From the NCBI GenBank assembly GCA_964583985.1, contig CAZOYD010000028.1:1-39856 (forward strand): 39,856 bases of DNA, read 5' to 3'. Position 1 is the first letter of the stretch; each line of letters begins with the position of its first letter. Positions 8,550-17,633 of the stretch are shown here, in pieces. The DNA is from an uncultured archaeon. GTDB taxonomy: Archaea; Asgardarchaeota; Lokiarchaeia; Sigyniarchaeales; SOKP01. The translations under genes and the position numbers were made by a program. Below the pieces are notes generated by a model that saw only the letters and a list, made by a program, of their open reading frames with translations, searched no databases and had not been told where the DNA came from.

Positions 8550-9962
8550 TTAAATATAAGTTTTTATCAAATCTTTTATATTTTTAACAAAATCAGATAA
8601 ATGCTTTTCAACATTTACTATACCTTGTTCTTTTTCCACGTATAAAAGAAGATAAAGATTATACTGATCGACGATTATTCTTTTAAAAATCACGTTTTTT
8701 GAATCATCAGTAATTCCAGATGATGTGAGATAGTCTTTTTTCAACAATTTAAATTCTTTAAATGTTTTAAATAATGTTTGATAATGTGGAGCAGAAATTT
8801 CAAATACTGTTTCGGAGATCTCAGATTTTGAATAACTGGATAATATAATACCATTATCATTTAGTAGCAAAATTGCCTCCGAATTTGTATTCAATGCAAA
8901 CTGCTTTAGCTGGTTTAAAAATAATTCGCGATTCGGACTTAATTGACTAAGACCAAAACTATATGCCGAAATCAAGGACCAGTGATCAAAGATAGATGTG
9001 TTGAACATTTTAAAGAAAAACCCTTCAGATTGTTTTTCTATATCAATAGTTACATTCTTAATTCGCTTTTTCATGTATTTTGTATCTTTCAAGTCAGGAT
9101 CATGTTTATTCAAGCAAATAACTATTGGTGGGAACTCATTTAGCTCTTTTAAATTATAAATTATTTCAGCATACATTTTTAGCGATTCTGCTATTCTTTC
9201 TTCATCTTGGATGTCAATAAAATAGAACAAAAGATCGATATTATATAGATAAAATTTACTTTCTTCGATAAATTTCTCACGATACGTTTTCTGACCTGCC
9301 AAATCCCAGATTGAAATTTGTGAATTTTGCTGTTCGAATAACTTTTCTTGCGATCGAGCAACTCCTTTAGTTGGTAAGACCTTTATAATTTCTGAATATC
9401 TCTTTTTAACTCCCAACAAGAAGCTAGTTTTTCCAGCACCATCAATCCCAGTAAATAAGATCTTAATTTGGCGTTTTATTGATAATGGATCTTCTAATTC
9501 TTCGGTAAATTCTATGAGTTCTGTTTTTAAACTTTGTATTGTTTTCTCAATTTCTGCAAAATCCTTAGTTACTTGGATTTTAGAGGCTGCTTTATCAATG
9601 ATGATTCTTAAGTATTTCATGTTTTCGTAGAAGAATACTCTATTAGACTGATCAATTAAGATTGTTATTGTAGACGCTTTCGCATTTCCACGAGCTTGAG
9701 CATCAGGAATCAAAAAAAAGTATGTTAATCCATTTAATTTCAAATCTGGAAAAGGAAGTATGCCAAAATAGCTAATTTCTTCTATAGATGAGCCGTCTTG
9801 ATAAATTGCATCCCCCATTAAAATTGATATCGTCTTCATGGCGATGAGTAACCGAGCTGATTCATCCATATCTCGTGGAAAATAAATTTTCGGCGTGGGA
9901 CCATCATCATCAAAAATACTGAATACAATAGCTTTTATAATTTCCGGTTTTTGGTCGCTCAT
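8550..9962 (-). CDS. uDENN/longin - Arf/Rag-like small GTPase - roadblock fusion protein
   Basis: N-terminal VFSIFDDDGPTP; G1 GIDGAGKT, G2 PT, G3 WDLAGQ, G4 NKHD, G5 TSIFD; C-terminal EAILLLNDNGIILS roadblock pattern. Confidence 0.85.
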   Translation of the reverse strand: MSDQKPEIIKAIVFSIFDDDGPTPKIYFPRDMDESARLLIAMKTISILMGDAIYQDGSSIEEISYFGILPFPDLKLNGLTYFFLIPDAQARGNAKASTITILIDQSNRVFFYENMKYLRIIIDKAASKIQVTKDFAEIEKTIQSLKTELIEFTEELEDPLSIKRQIKILFTGIDGAGKTSFLLGVKKRYSEIIKVLPTKGVARSQEKLFEQQNSQISIWDLAGQKTYREKFIEESKFYLYNIDLLFYFIDIQDEERIAESLKMYAEIIYNLKELNEFPPIVICLNKHDPDLKDTKYMKKRIKNVTIDIEKQSEGFFFKMFNTSIFDHWSLISAYSFGLSQLSPNRELFLNQLKQFALNTNSEAILLLNDNGIILSSYSKSEISETVFEISAPHYQTLFKTFKEFKLLKKDYLTSSGITDDSKNVIFKRIIVDQYNLYLLLYVEKEQGIVNVEKHLSDFVKNIKDLIKTYI

Positions 9963-10174
9963 ATTCTCTTAGCCTTATAATTATTCTCCGAGATGAATGC
10001 TATTAAATTACCGTAATTAAATGGTCTATTTAAAACCCATGTTACATCATCTAACGATTCTCTCATAAATCATATAAAAGTATGTATTATTCTAATATAT
10101 CAAGGCAGAACCTATTATTAAATATTTGTTAAGCTCAATATCTTAAATCTATTTTGTTCTTTGAACCGTTTAAT

Positions 10175-11965
10175 TCAAGGGACATATTTTAAACTCAAGA
10201 TTTCAGTATTTGTGCAACTATATTTTAAAATTCTCATTAAATCCTTTTGAGTTTGAAGATTTTCTTTATGATTTCCGATTGAAATTTCCACCCTCGCATC
10301 ATTTAAGATCCAAGGATGAAAAATACCTTGTTTTTTAATTATGTCGTCTAAATCAAGATTTTCCTTTGCTCTAAAATGTGAAGATGTTTGATAATTCTTT
10401 ATAGCTAATTTGGGAAAGTGTTTTAAATCCAATCCTAAGAATCGTCTAATTGCTCCTTTAGACGAAGCGTCAATTAATGAATAATGTTTCCCATCATCCT
10501 TAGAACGCTCTTCACAGGAAATGTGTATCGCTTTCATTATTTTTTTTCCGAAAGAAAATGCATCATCATTCTCGTGTAATTCAAAATTCGTTATGATTTT
10601 AACAGCTTCATTTAATCCAATAAAACCAACACATAATTCTTGGTTACTAAGATCAAATAATTGGCGTTCTTCGACATAACCACCACATAATGGAAGGTGA
10701 CCTGTTCTCAAACGTCGTTCTATAATTGCATGCTTTTTATCCAAAATTTTAAAACAAATATCTAAATTTGATTGAAGGTGCTCAATAAATTTCGTTTCGT
10801 CTTGATTAAGAAAAGCATATCGTGGTAAATTTAATGATATCTTTTGAAGAACTCCATGATTTAAATAAGACAAAGGATCAGTATGAATTAAATTATTGAG
10901 TATTTTGTGTCGATCTACATTAATAAATTGAGGAGTTTGATTTTTTAATACTTCCCTGCAGATTTCCTCATATTGTTGTTTGAATTCATTTAACCATTCT
11001 TTATTATAATAAATTAGGTGTTCAGGATAAGGGAAATAACAATTATTATCATCACCTTTAGTGAAAATTTGTGTGATAATATCAAATAATTTTGTGCATT
11101 CTTGTTTGTATGAACTATAATCCCCAGTTTTTATTCCACCAGGTCCAATTGCAGGTGCATCTAACATTGAAGATAAAATCCCTGTCGAGCAAGAAAGAGA
11201 TGTTTTTAAGTAATTTTTTCCTGAGGACGTTGATAAATAATTAATGCTATAAACAAATCTCTTCATTGCTTCTTGTATTTCTGCATCGTCCAATCCTTGA
11301 ATATATGGGGCTAAAAATAATGTAATTAATTCAAGTCCTTGATTACCGCTAAATTCTGTTTGGATCATTCCTAACCAATTGGCAAGATGATTTACTGCTT
11401 CTTTTAAATTTTTGGCTGGTTTTGATTTGCATGTATAGGTATAATTTTTAATGGGAGGTAATCCATTTTCTAAAATCAGACGAGGATCCCAATACTGATT
11501 ATAAGGACGCAAGTCGAAAAATTTGAGTTGATGAATATATATATCTCCAAATAAGTGAGCTCTTGATTCCTCATCATTGAGAATTCGGAGTAGTGTATAT
11601 TCTTCTGCTAATTGATTTGCAGCCCAATGATGGATTTTTTCTGGATTTATAATGTTTTTTGAATCGATTTGTTGGTTCATTTCAAGTACTTTTTCATAAT
11701 CCATTAAAGGCATCCCAATACGAGTATATAATTTTCTTTCTTGCCCGTATTGATTTTCTGAAAGGATTGAACAAACGATTTCTCTGATATGAGGGCCGGA
11801 TAAAAATTTCATATTAGAACTAATGATTCTTCTAACAACAAGCTCTGTGATCTTTCTAGCATTTTCTTCATCCATACCAGTTTCTTGAATAATACTTTCA
11901 TTTATTTTAGAGGGTTCAAATTCGTCAACATCCCCTTTCTTGAATACTTTTGGTAGAAGATTCAT
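10175..11965 (-). CDS. ATP-cone plus class III (anaerobic) ribonucleotide reductase NrdD-like protein, probably catalytically inactive
   Basis: N-terminal ATP cone (KVFKKGDVDEFEPSKI); AHLFGDIYIH, SGNQG, ISLNLPRYA and VGFIGLNE NrdD motifs. The C-terminal Zn ribbon and RxxGY glycyl-radical motif are missing. Confidence 0.8.
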   Translation of the reverse strand: MNLLPKVFKKGDVDEFEPSKINESIIQETGMDEENARKITELVVRRIISSNMKFLSGPHIREIVCSILSENQYGQERKLYTRIGMPLMDYEKVLEMNQQIDSKNIINPEKIHHWAANQLAEEYTLLRILNDEESRAHLFGDIYIHQLKFFDLRPYNQYWDPRLILENGLPPIKNYTYTCKSKPAKNLKEAVNHLANWLGMIQTEFSGNQGLELITLFLAPYIQGLDDAEIQEAMKRFVYSINYLSTSSGKNYLKTSLSCSTGILSSMLDAPAIGPGGIKTGDYSSYKQECTKLFDIITQIFTKGDDNNCYFPYPEHLIYYNKEWLNEFKQQYEEICREVLKNQTPQFINVDRHKILNNLIHTDPLSYLNHGVLQKISLNLPRYAFLNQDETKFIEHLQSNLDICFKILDKKHAIIERRLRTGHLPLCGGYVEERQLFDLSNQELCVGFIGLNEAVKIITNFELHENDDAFSFGKKIMKAIHISCEERSKDDGKHYSLIDASSKGAIRRFLGLDLKHFPKLAIKNYQTSSHFRAKENLDLDDIIKKQGIFHPWILNDARVEISIGNHKENLQTQKDLMRILKYSCTNTEILSLKYVP

Positions 11966-12180
11966 TTATGTATAATTCCCTTAAATTTATTTATTTCTGA
12001 AGTATTATATCTTTTTTATATAAAAAAGAAAATTATTAATGAACTAATTAGGTTTAAGATTATATTTGGTAATTAGAATACTATTTATTGAATTAGGGTT
12101 ATAAATGATAAAATTTTTCAATTTTTCATTTAATTCTTACCCTCCTTTTCTTATTTTAAGATTATAATAATATAAGTACT

Positions 12181-12996
12181 ATGAAACTATCGTTATCTGT
12201 AAAGACCGTAAAACACTTCTTTTCTGAAATCTACAAGATCTTGAAAGGATCGGATACAAGAGTATCGAAAGTATGGATTGAATTCTCGGATATAAATTTT
12301 TTTAAAGGTAATGATGAATGTGAGATTAGAAGTTATTTAAGCAATTTTGAATCAATCGAAATTCAAAAAGGAAATTATAAAAATTATATAGTAGTTGATA
12401 AAATTCTATTTATTGTTGAAAGTATTCAAATATTAGAAAAGGATATTGATAAATTATCGATATTGGTCGATTTTAATGGATTTGAAGCATTAGTCGAGGA
12501 AATTCTTAAGAGAAATAATTATAAAACAGTTAAAAATTATAGATTTTCTGATAGATCGAATTACAAAACAAAAACAGCTCAGAAAAGGTATGAAATTGAT
12601 GTTATTGGCATATCTAAAAATCTTATTTTACTTATCGATGCAAAACAATGGAAAAATAAAGATTCATTTGCTGCGATGAATAAAGCTGCCAATCACCAAT
12701 ATCAAAGAGCTATTGCATTACAGTCAAATCCCGAAGTTTTTTCTAGCATGGTTCAAGCCGTTTTGGGGATTTCAGATAATATTGAAGATAAACTCCCATT
12801 TATTCTCGTTCCTGTGATGGTGAGCCTTGAACATAACCATATTAAATTTAATGAAAATGATGTACCATTGGTCTCTATTTTTCAACTTAATTCGTTCTTA
12901 CAAGAATTAATAATTAATATGACTTATATTAAAACCATTAAAATAAACAAGTTATTCATTCAGAAACAATTATCTGATTTTTATTCAATCTGTTAA
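12181..12996 (+). CDS. PD-(D/E)xK nuclease-fold protein (Mrr-cat/NERD-like)
   Basis: FEALVEEIL...EIDVIG...LIDAKQWK motif. Confidence 0.75.
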   Translation: MKLSLSVKTVKHFFSEIYKILKGSDTRVSKVWIEFSDINFFKGNDECEIRSYLSNFESIEIQKGNYKNYIVVDKILFIVESIQILEKDIDKLSILVDFNGFEALVEEILKRNNYKTVKNYRFSDRSNYKTKTAQKRYEIDVIGISKNLILLIDAKQWKNKDSFAAMNKAANHQYQRAIALQSNPEVFSSMVQAVLGISDNIEDKLPFILVPVMVSLEHNHIKFNENDVPLVSIFQLNSFLQELIINMTYIKTIKINKLFIQKQLSDFYSIC

Positions 12997-14001
12997 TCCT
13001 AAATATTGTTTGACTTGTTTCTTTACAATATTCGCAGCAAAATAAATAATCCCACTCTTAATGCGAGGATTGGAAAATAAGATTAAAAGCATGTCTTGAG
13101 TAATTGGAGCTAAATCCAATACACCTTGACTCCCTCTAACTGAAATATTGAGTAATTTACCAGCATTTAATCCTTCTATGATATCATTTCCAATCATTGA
13201 TAGATTTTGACCGATTACCCCAAAAAGTGTATCAGATATGCGAGAAGAGATTGCCGATGCAAGAATAGTTCCTTCTGATTTAATAATTGCTGATGCTTCA
13301 ATATTCAAATCTATCTTTAAGAGATTACTTAATATTTCATTCATGCTTGTTGGGGGTATTGATTCTTTTTCTACTTGAATTTCTTCTTTTTTTTCTAGTT
13401 TATCACGCGATGTTCCTTTAATACTTATTTTTTCTGAAAGAAACTTTAAAACTTTCGACATGTCTTGCTCTAATTGTTTTTGACGGATAACTGAATCATC
13501 AATTGGGCTCTCTTCTTCTAATACAGTTGATTTGGCTGTAATTTTTGGTTTTTCTAAAGCAGATTTTGCTTTTCCTCGGGCAAAAGAACCATACACATCT
13601 TTTTGTGCTATAATTGAACCCTTATAAGGACCAGGAGTAATCTCTTTTAATATTTCTCTTTCATATTCTTCCTTTTCGATAAAATCATCAAAATTTTCTC
13701 CTGATTCCTTTTTTTTTATAATTTCCTCGCTCATCTCTTGATTACTCGGTAAAGCTCTCACTTTAGGTATCTCTTGAAGTTCAAATGATTTTGGTTGGGT
13801 CTTGGAGTTATCTGGAGGTTTTTCTTTTGATTTTTGTTGAGGTTTAAATGAAGCTTGTTTGTCTTTTTTTACTGGTTGTTTTTTAGTTTCTATTTTAACA
13901 CGAGGAGCTTTTGTTGCAACTGGTAATAATGCCCCACACTTACGGCAAATATGTCCTTTAGCTTCATTGTTTGTTGCTCCACAATTACTACATATTATCA
14001 A
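12985..14001 (-). CDS. Zinc-ribbon protein with disordered linker and C-terminal roadblock/LC7 domain
   Basis: CSNCG...CRKCG; long K/E/P/Q-rich linker; IEASAIIKSEGTILAS...GKLLNISVRGSQG roadblock pattern. Confidence 0.8.
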   Translation of the reverse strand: MIICSNCGATNNEAKGHICRKCGALLPVATKAPRVKIETKKQPVKKDKQASFKPQQKSKEKPPDNSKTQPKSFELQEIPKVRALPSNQEMSEEIIKKKESGENFDDFIEKEEYEREILKEITPGPYKGSIIAQKDVYGSFARGKAKSALEKPKITAKSTVLEEESPIDDSVIRQKQLEQDMSKVLKFLSEKISIKGTSRDKLEKKEEIQVEKESIPPTSMNEILSNLLKIDLNIEASAIIKSEGTILASAISSRISDTLFGVIGQNLSMIGNDIIEGLNAGKLLNISVRGSQGVLDLAPITQDMLLILFSNPRIKSGIIYFAANIVKKQVKQYLGLTD

Positions 14002-14149
14002 TGAGATCTCCTTAATTTTTTCTTCTCAAAAATGAATTTGTATTGAAATACATTTTATTTGACATAATAATAATAAAACTCTTGATTTATTAATTTTAAT
14101 TAATAAGAAAAATAAGAATTATCTTTGGTCCTTTAAAACTCAATCATAA

Positions 14150-15133
14150 CTAATTCTTTAAAATTTCTTTTAGGAGATTAGCAAATGAATCAAAATCTTC
14201 CTCATTGATGGTAGGATCTTGCTTGAGCATAAGTAAATAATAAGGTGGGCTATCTTCTTTTAACTTTAATTGCTTGAATACAAAATTCTTCCCAAATCGT
14301 TGAACAATCATCTTATTTTCTTCTTTTTCACGTCCGGGTAAAACTTGAGTGAACTGAAAGCTATCGTTTAACGTGAGAAAATAAGGGGTGGATGCGGATA
14401 ATAGATTTTTGACTTCCTCATTTTTATAAAAACTTCCTATGATTAAAGAATTATCATCAATCATAACCACTCCTTCAGAATCTACTTTTCGAGCAAACTC
14501 ATCAATAGTTTTCTCGATTAACTGAGATTTAGGATATAGATTTAATAAGATTTCAGACATCGCTTTAATTATACTAGAAAGGTTATAGATTGATGTATCA
14601 TAGAAGAATATTTGCTTGTAATTCGCAGCTTTCTTGATTTTCTCCCTTAAATCTACTTTCATTGTCTGCATTTCATTAATAGCATTCCTTAAGAGGGCAG
14701 GATCACATTTATGGAAAAATATGTAAATGGGGGGCTCGATTTCAAGTTTATTTAATTGCCCCACGACATCAGCTAAATAACTAATTGATTCAGGAATCCT
14801 AGATTGATTTTGAATGTCGATAACATAAATTAAAATTTCCGTTCCATCAAAATATTTTCCTGGATTTTTAAGATAAGAAATTCTATATGAAATTTGACCT
14901 CCTAAATCCCATTCTGCTATATCTTTTCCCAAAAATTCAAAAATTCTACGTTGAGCACCGCGAGTAGGTTTAAGCAATGCAATTTTTGAAAATTCTCTTT
15001 GAATTGCAAGTATGATTGTGCTTTTACCAGCCGTATCCAAACCAGTAAAAAGGATTTTGTGAGGCTCTTCTTTTTCTTGTTTTTTTGATAGCTTTTCTTT
15101 TGATAAGTATTGAATATCCAAAAATAATCTCAC
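14150..15133 (-). CDS. Rag/Gtr-like small GTPase with C-terminal roadblock domain
   Basis: G1 GLDTAGKS, G2 PT, G3 WDLGGQ, G4 HKCD (Rag-type His), G5 TSIY; C-terminal EGVVMIDDNSLIIG. Confidence 0.85.
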   Translation of the reverse strand: MRLFLDIQYLSKEKLSKKQEKEEPHKILFTGLDTAGKSTIILAIQREFSKIALLKPTRGAQRRIFEFLGKDIAEWDLGGQISYRISYLKNPGKYFDGTEILIYVIDIQNQSRIPESISYLADVVGQLNKLEIEPPIYIFFHKCDPALLRNAINEMQTMKVDLREKIKKAANYKQIFFYDTSIYNLSSIIKAMSEILLNLYPKSQLIEKTIDEFARKVDSEGVVMIDDNSLIIGSFYKNEEVKNLLSASTPYFLTLNDSFQFTQVLPGREKEENKMIVQRFGKNFVFKQLKLKEDSPPYYLLMLKQDPTINEEDFDSFANLLKEILKN

Positions 15134-15184
15134 CTAAATTAAATGAAAAAAATTCTTTAATATATTCTTTAGTAAATTTAAATA

Positions 15185-16546
15185 TCATTCGATTGTATAA
15201 AAATTCTTTTGTAGGTAAGTCTTAAAGTCATGATAATTGCTTAATTCTAAAGACTTTTTTGATTCCTTTTTTTTTTGAATGCATTCCAATGAATTGGGTA
15301 TCATTGGGCGTTCATGTGTTAATTTAGTGATTTGATTGGGAAATTTTGCGGGATCAGCGGTTTCAAAATTTATTGATTTAATATTTTTTTCCATTGGAAA
15401 TTCATTCTGATATCTCAATAATGCTGCCCATCCAACAGCGCCATGAGGATCGATAAGCAATTTAAATTCTTTATAGAAGTCAATGATCGTTTTTTTCGTG
15501 ATTTCATCTGTAATAGAATAAGATCGAATTTCCTCCCGAATTTTTTCCATGTTGGGCTCTTTTCTCAAATTTCCTTGCTCATCAATATGCCCGTTATAAA
15601 GATCAATTAATCGAGCCAAGTTTGAGGGGTGCCCTACATTCATTGCATTTGATATGCATATTTTTGACGGTTGCACTTTTTCATAATATCCGGTAGCTAA
15701 AAATTTGGGAAATTCATCATTTTCATTTACGGCAGAAATGAACTTCTTCACGGGTAATCCCATTCTCTTTGCGATTAGTCCTCCCGTGAGATTCCCAAAA
15801 TTACCGGATGGTACAGAAAAAATAACCTCCTCATTTTCATGTTCGATGATATCAGAATAACTTTTAAAATAATATACAGCTTGTGGCAACAATCGACCAA
15901 TATTAATTGAATTAGCAGAGGTCAGATTTAAATGTGATAGACCGGAATCTGAAAACGCGTTTTTTGCAAATCTTTGGCAATCATCAAATTTTCCATTAAT
16001 CGCAATCGCTGTGATATTTCCTCCTAAAGTTGTCATTTGCTTGCGTTGTAAGGTGCTAATCTCCTTTTTTGGATAGAGAATTACTACATCAACATTTTGT
16101 TTGTTAAAAAAGGCTTGAGCTACAGCACCACCAGTATCACCAGAAGTCGCCGTTATAATCACAATTTTTTTATTCTCTTCAATTAAAAATTGTTCCATAA
16201 AACTCGCTAACATTCTTGCTCCAACATCCTTAAAACTGCAAGTTGGACCCTTATCTAAATAGCAGAGATAATTATTTTCTATTATTAAATTTATGGGAAT
16301 TGGAAAATCAAGACTTTTATTAATAATGTTTTTTAGGTCTTTTTCTTGCATCTCTTCTTCTAAAAATGGATAGAGAATTTCAAATGCGTTTTCTTTAAAA
16401 TTTAATGACTTAAATTCAAAAATTTCATCTTGAGAAATAAGAGGGATCTTGTCAAACATGTAAAGACCATTATCGGGAGCTTGCCCTTTCAAAACCGCTT
16501 CCTTAAAACTCACGTTAGAAGAACGTTTATTTGTAGAATATAACAT
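15185..16546 (-). CDS. thrC: Threonine synthase
   Basis: GQAPDNGLY, GPTCSFKD (PLP Lys), ATSGDTG, SANSINIGRL, VPSGNFGNL, DPHGAV. Confidence 0.95.
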   Translation of the reverse strand: MLYSTNKRSSNVSFKEAVLKGQAPDNGLYMFDKIPLISQDEIFEFKSLNFKENAFEILYPFLEEEMQEKDLKNIINKSLDFPIPINLIIENNYLCYLDKGPTCSFKDVGARMLASFMEQFLIEENKKIVIITATSGDTGGAVAQAFFNKQNVDVVILYPKKEISTLQRKQMTTLGGNITAIAINGKFDDCQRFAKNAFSDSGLSHLNLTSANSINIGRLLPQAVYYFKSYSDIIEHENEEVIFSVPSGNFGNLTGGLIAKRMGLPVKKFISAVNENDEFPKFLATGYYEKVQPSKICISNAMNVGHPSNLARLIDLYNGHIDEQGNLRKEPNMEKIREEIRSYSITDEITKKTIIDFYKEFKLLIDPHGAVGWAALLRYQNEFPMEKNIKSINFETADPAKFPNQITKLTHERPMIPNSLECIQKKKESKKSLELSNYHDFKTYLQKNFYTIE

Positions 16547-16554
16547 CTTTATTA

Positions 16555-17103
16555 TTAAATATTTTTTATTGGATTAAATTTATTTTGTGCAAAGATTTCA
16601 TTCAATTTATCAATAACCGCTTGAGGAGTATCGGCACCATAAATTTTATCAGTTCTCCTATCATCCAGTTGTTGTCCCGCCATTTTTGATGACCATCCTT
16701 CAACACAAGTAAGACCAATTATTGGTTTTTCATAGATCCATGCAAAACAAATTTCTGATAATGTTCCTGCTTTACCTGCTATTGCCACACACGCGTCTCC
16801 ACTCAAAACAACTACCACATTACGCGCTTGAGAAAATGGGATCGGTATAACAATGTCCACGTATTTATTTGCCTTATTTTTGTCTATAAAAGGGATAAGT
16901 CCTATTGTTAGCCCTCCTTCTTCTTTTACTCCAAAACAAACCGCTTCCATTACACCTGAAAGTCCTCCACATGATACCGCATATTTATTTCGAGCAAGTA
17001 ATCGCCCTAATTCGACAGCAACTTGCCTTGTTTGTTCATCGATTTCGCTTGCTCCAATTACGGCTATTGTTCCCTTAAATTTATCTTTGAAATTAAAACT
17101 CAT
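16555..17103 (-). CDS. LOG/SLOG-family nucleotide-binding protein (TIGR00725-like)
   Basis: IAVIGAS, CGGLSGVMEAVC, ARN, GKAGTLSEI. Confidence 0.9.
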   Translation of the reverse strand: MSFNFKDKFKGTIAVIGASEIDEQTRQVAVELGRLLARNKYAVSCGGLSGVMEAVCFGVKEEGGLTIGLIPFIDKNKANKYVDIVIPIPFSQARNVVVVLSGDACVAIAGKAGTLSEICFAWIYEKPIIGLTCVEGWSSKMAGQQLDDRRTDKIYGADTPQAVIDKLNEIFAQNKFNPIKNI

Positions 17104-17259
17104 GGCTTTTTAAAATCCTTTTTTTTATAATTTGTAATATTCTGGGAGTCTTTTTATTTGTTTAGAATATTTTTATCCAAAAAAAGATGTATTTTTGTAT
17201 TGACATTATTGATCATTAGATTGTTGAATAATGTTGATCAAAATGATCGAAAACAAAAA

Positions 17260-17266
17260 TTTATAT
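17260..17266 (+). promoter_or_regulatory. Candidate archaeal TATA box for the small zinc-finger gene
   Basis: TTTATAT preceded by an A-rich BRE-like run, 23-29 nt upstream of the ATG at 17289 (leaderless geometry). AT-rich background limits confidence. Confidence 0.35.
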
Positions 17267-17288
17267 GGTAGGAATCTAATATTTATAT

Positions 17289-17486
17289 ATGGAAACAAAA
17301 CATCGATTAAAACCAAGTATTTTTATAGCACCCCCTCGGGACGACACTACTGTTTATTGCCCGGATTGTGGATATGCAATGGAGAAAATCCCTCATACAC
17401 CTAAAAATAAAAAACCAATTTATCAATGTCCTAGATGTAATATATTTATTCCGGAACAAGTTTATGGCCTCTTAGATTTTAAATAA
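17289..17486 (+). CDS. Small CPxCG-type zinc-finger protein
   Basis: CPDCG...CPRC in 65 aa. Confidence 0.75.
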   Translation: METKHRLKPSIFIAPPRDDTTVYCPDCGYAMEKIPHTPKNKKPIYQCPRCNIFIPEQVYGLLDFK

Positions 17487-17633
17487 AGACTAATAAAGAG
17501 AATTAAATTTCCTTATGGAGCATATTGGGGTTTTTTTAGCTTCCTTCTTATTAATTAAATCTAGCCCTAAAGATAAATGAAATTTTGCAATCCATAATAT
17601 ATAATTTATTTTAAAATAAGATTTCGTCTTGTT

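Noticed and set aside
10118-10177. Selenocysteine read-through or frameshift rescuing the NrdD C-terminus at its TGA stop
   Set aside because: Read-through gives only IKRFKEQNRFKILSLTNI*, and no CxxC or RxxGY motif is visible downstream.
12181-12996. Restriction-modification or defence system around the PD-(D/E)xK nuclease
   Set aside because: No DNA methyltransferase, ATPase or other defence gene is adjacent; the methyltransferase at 4375 has Trm9-like motifs.
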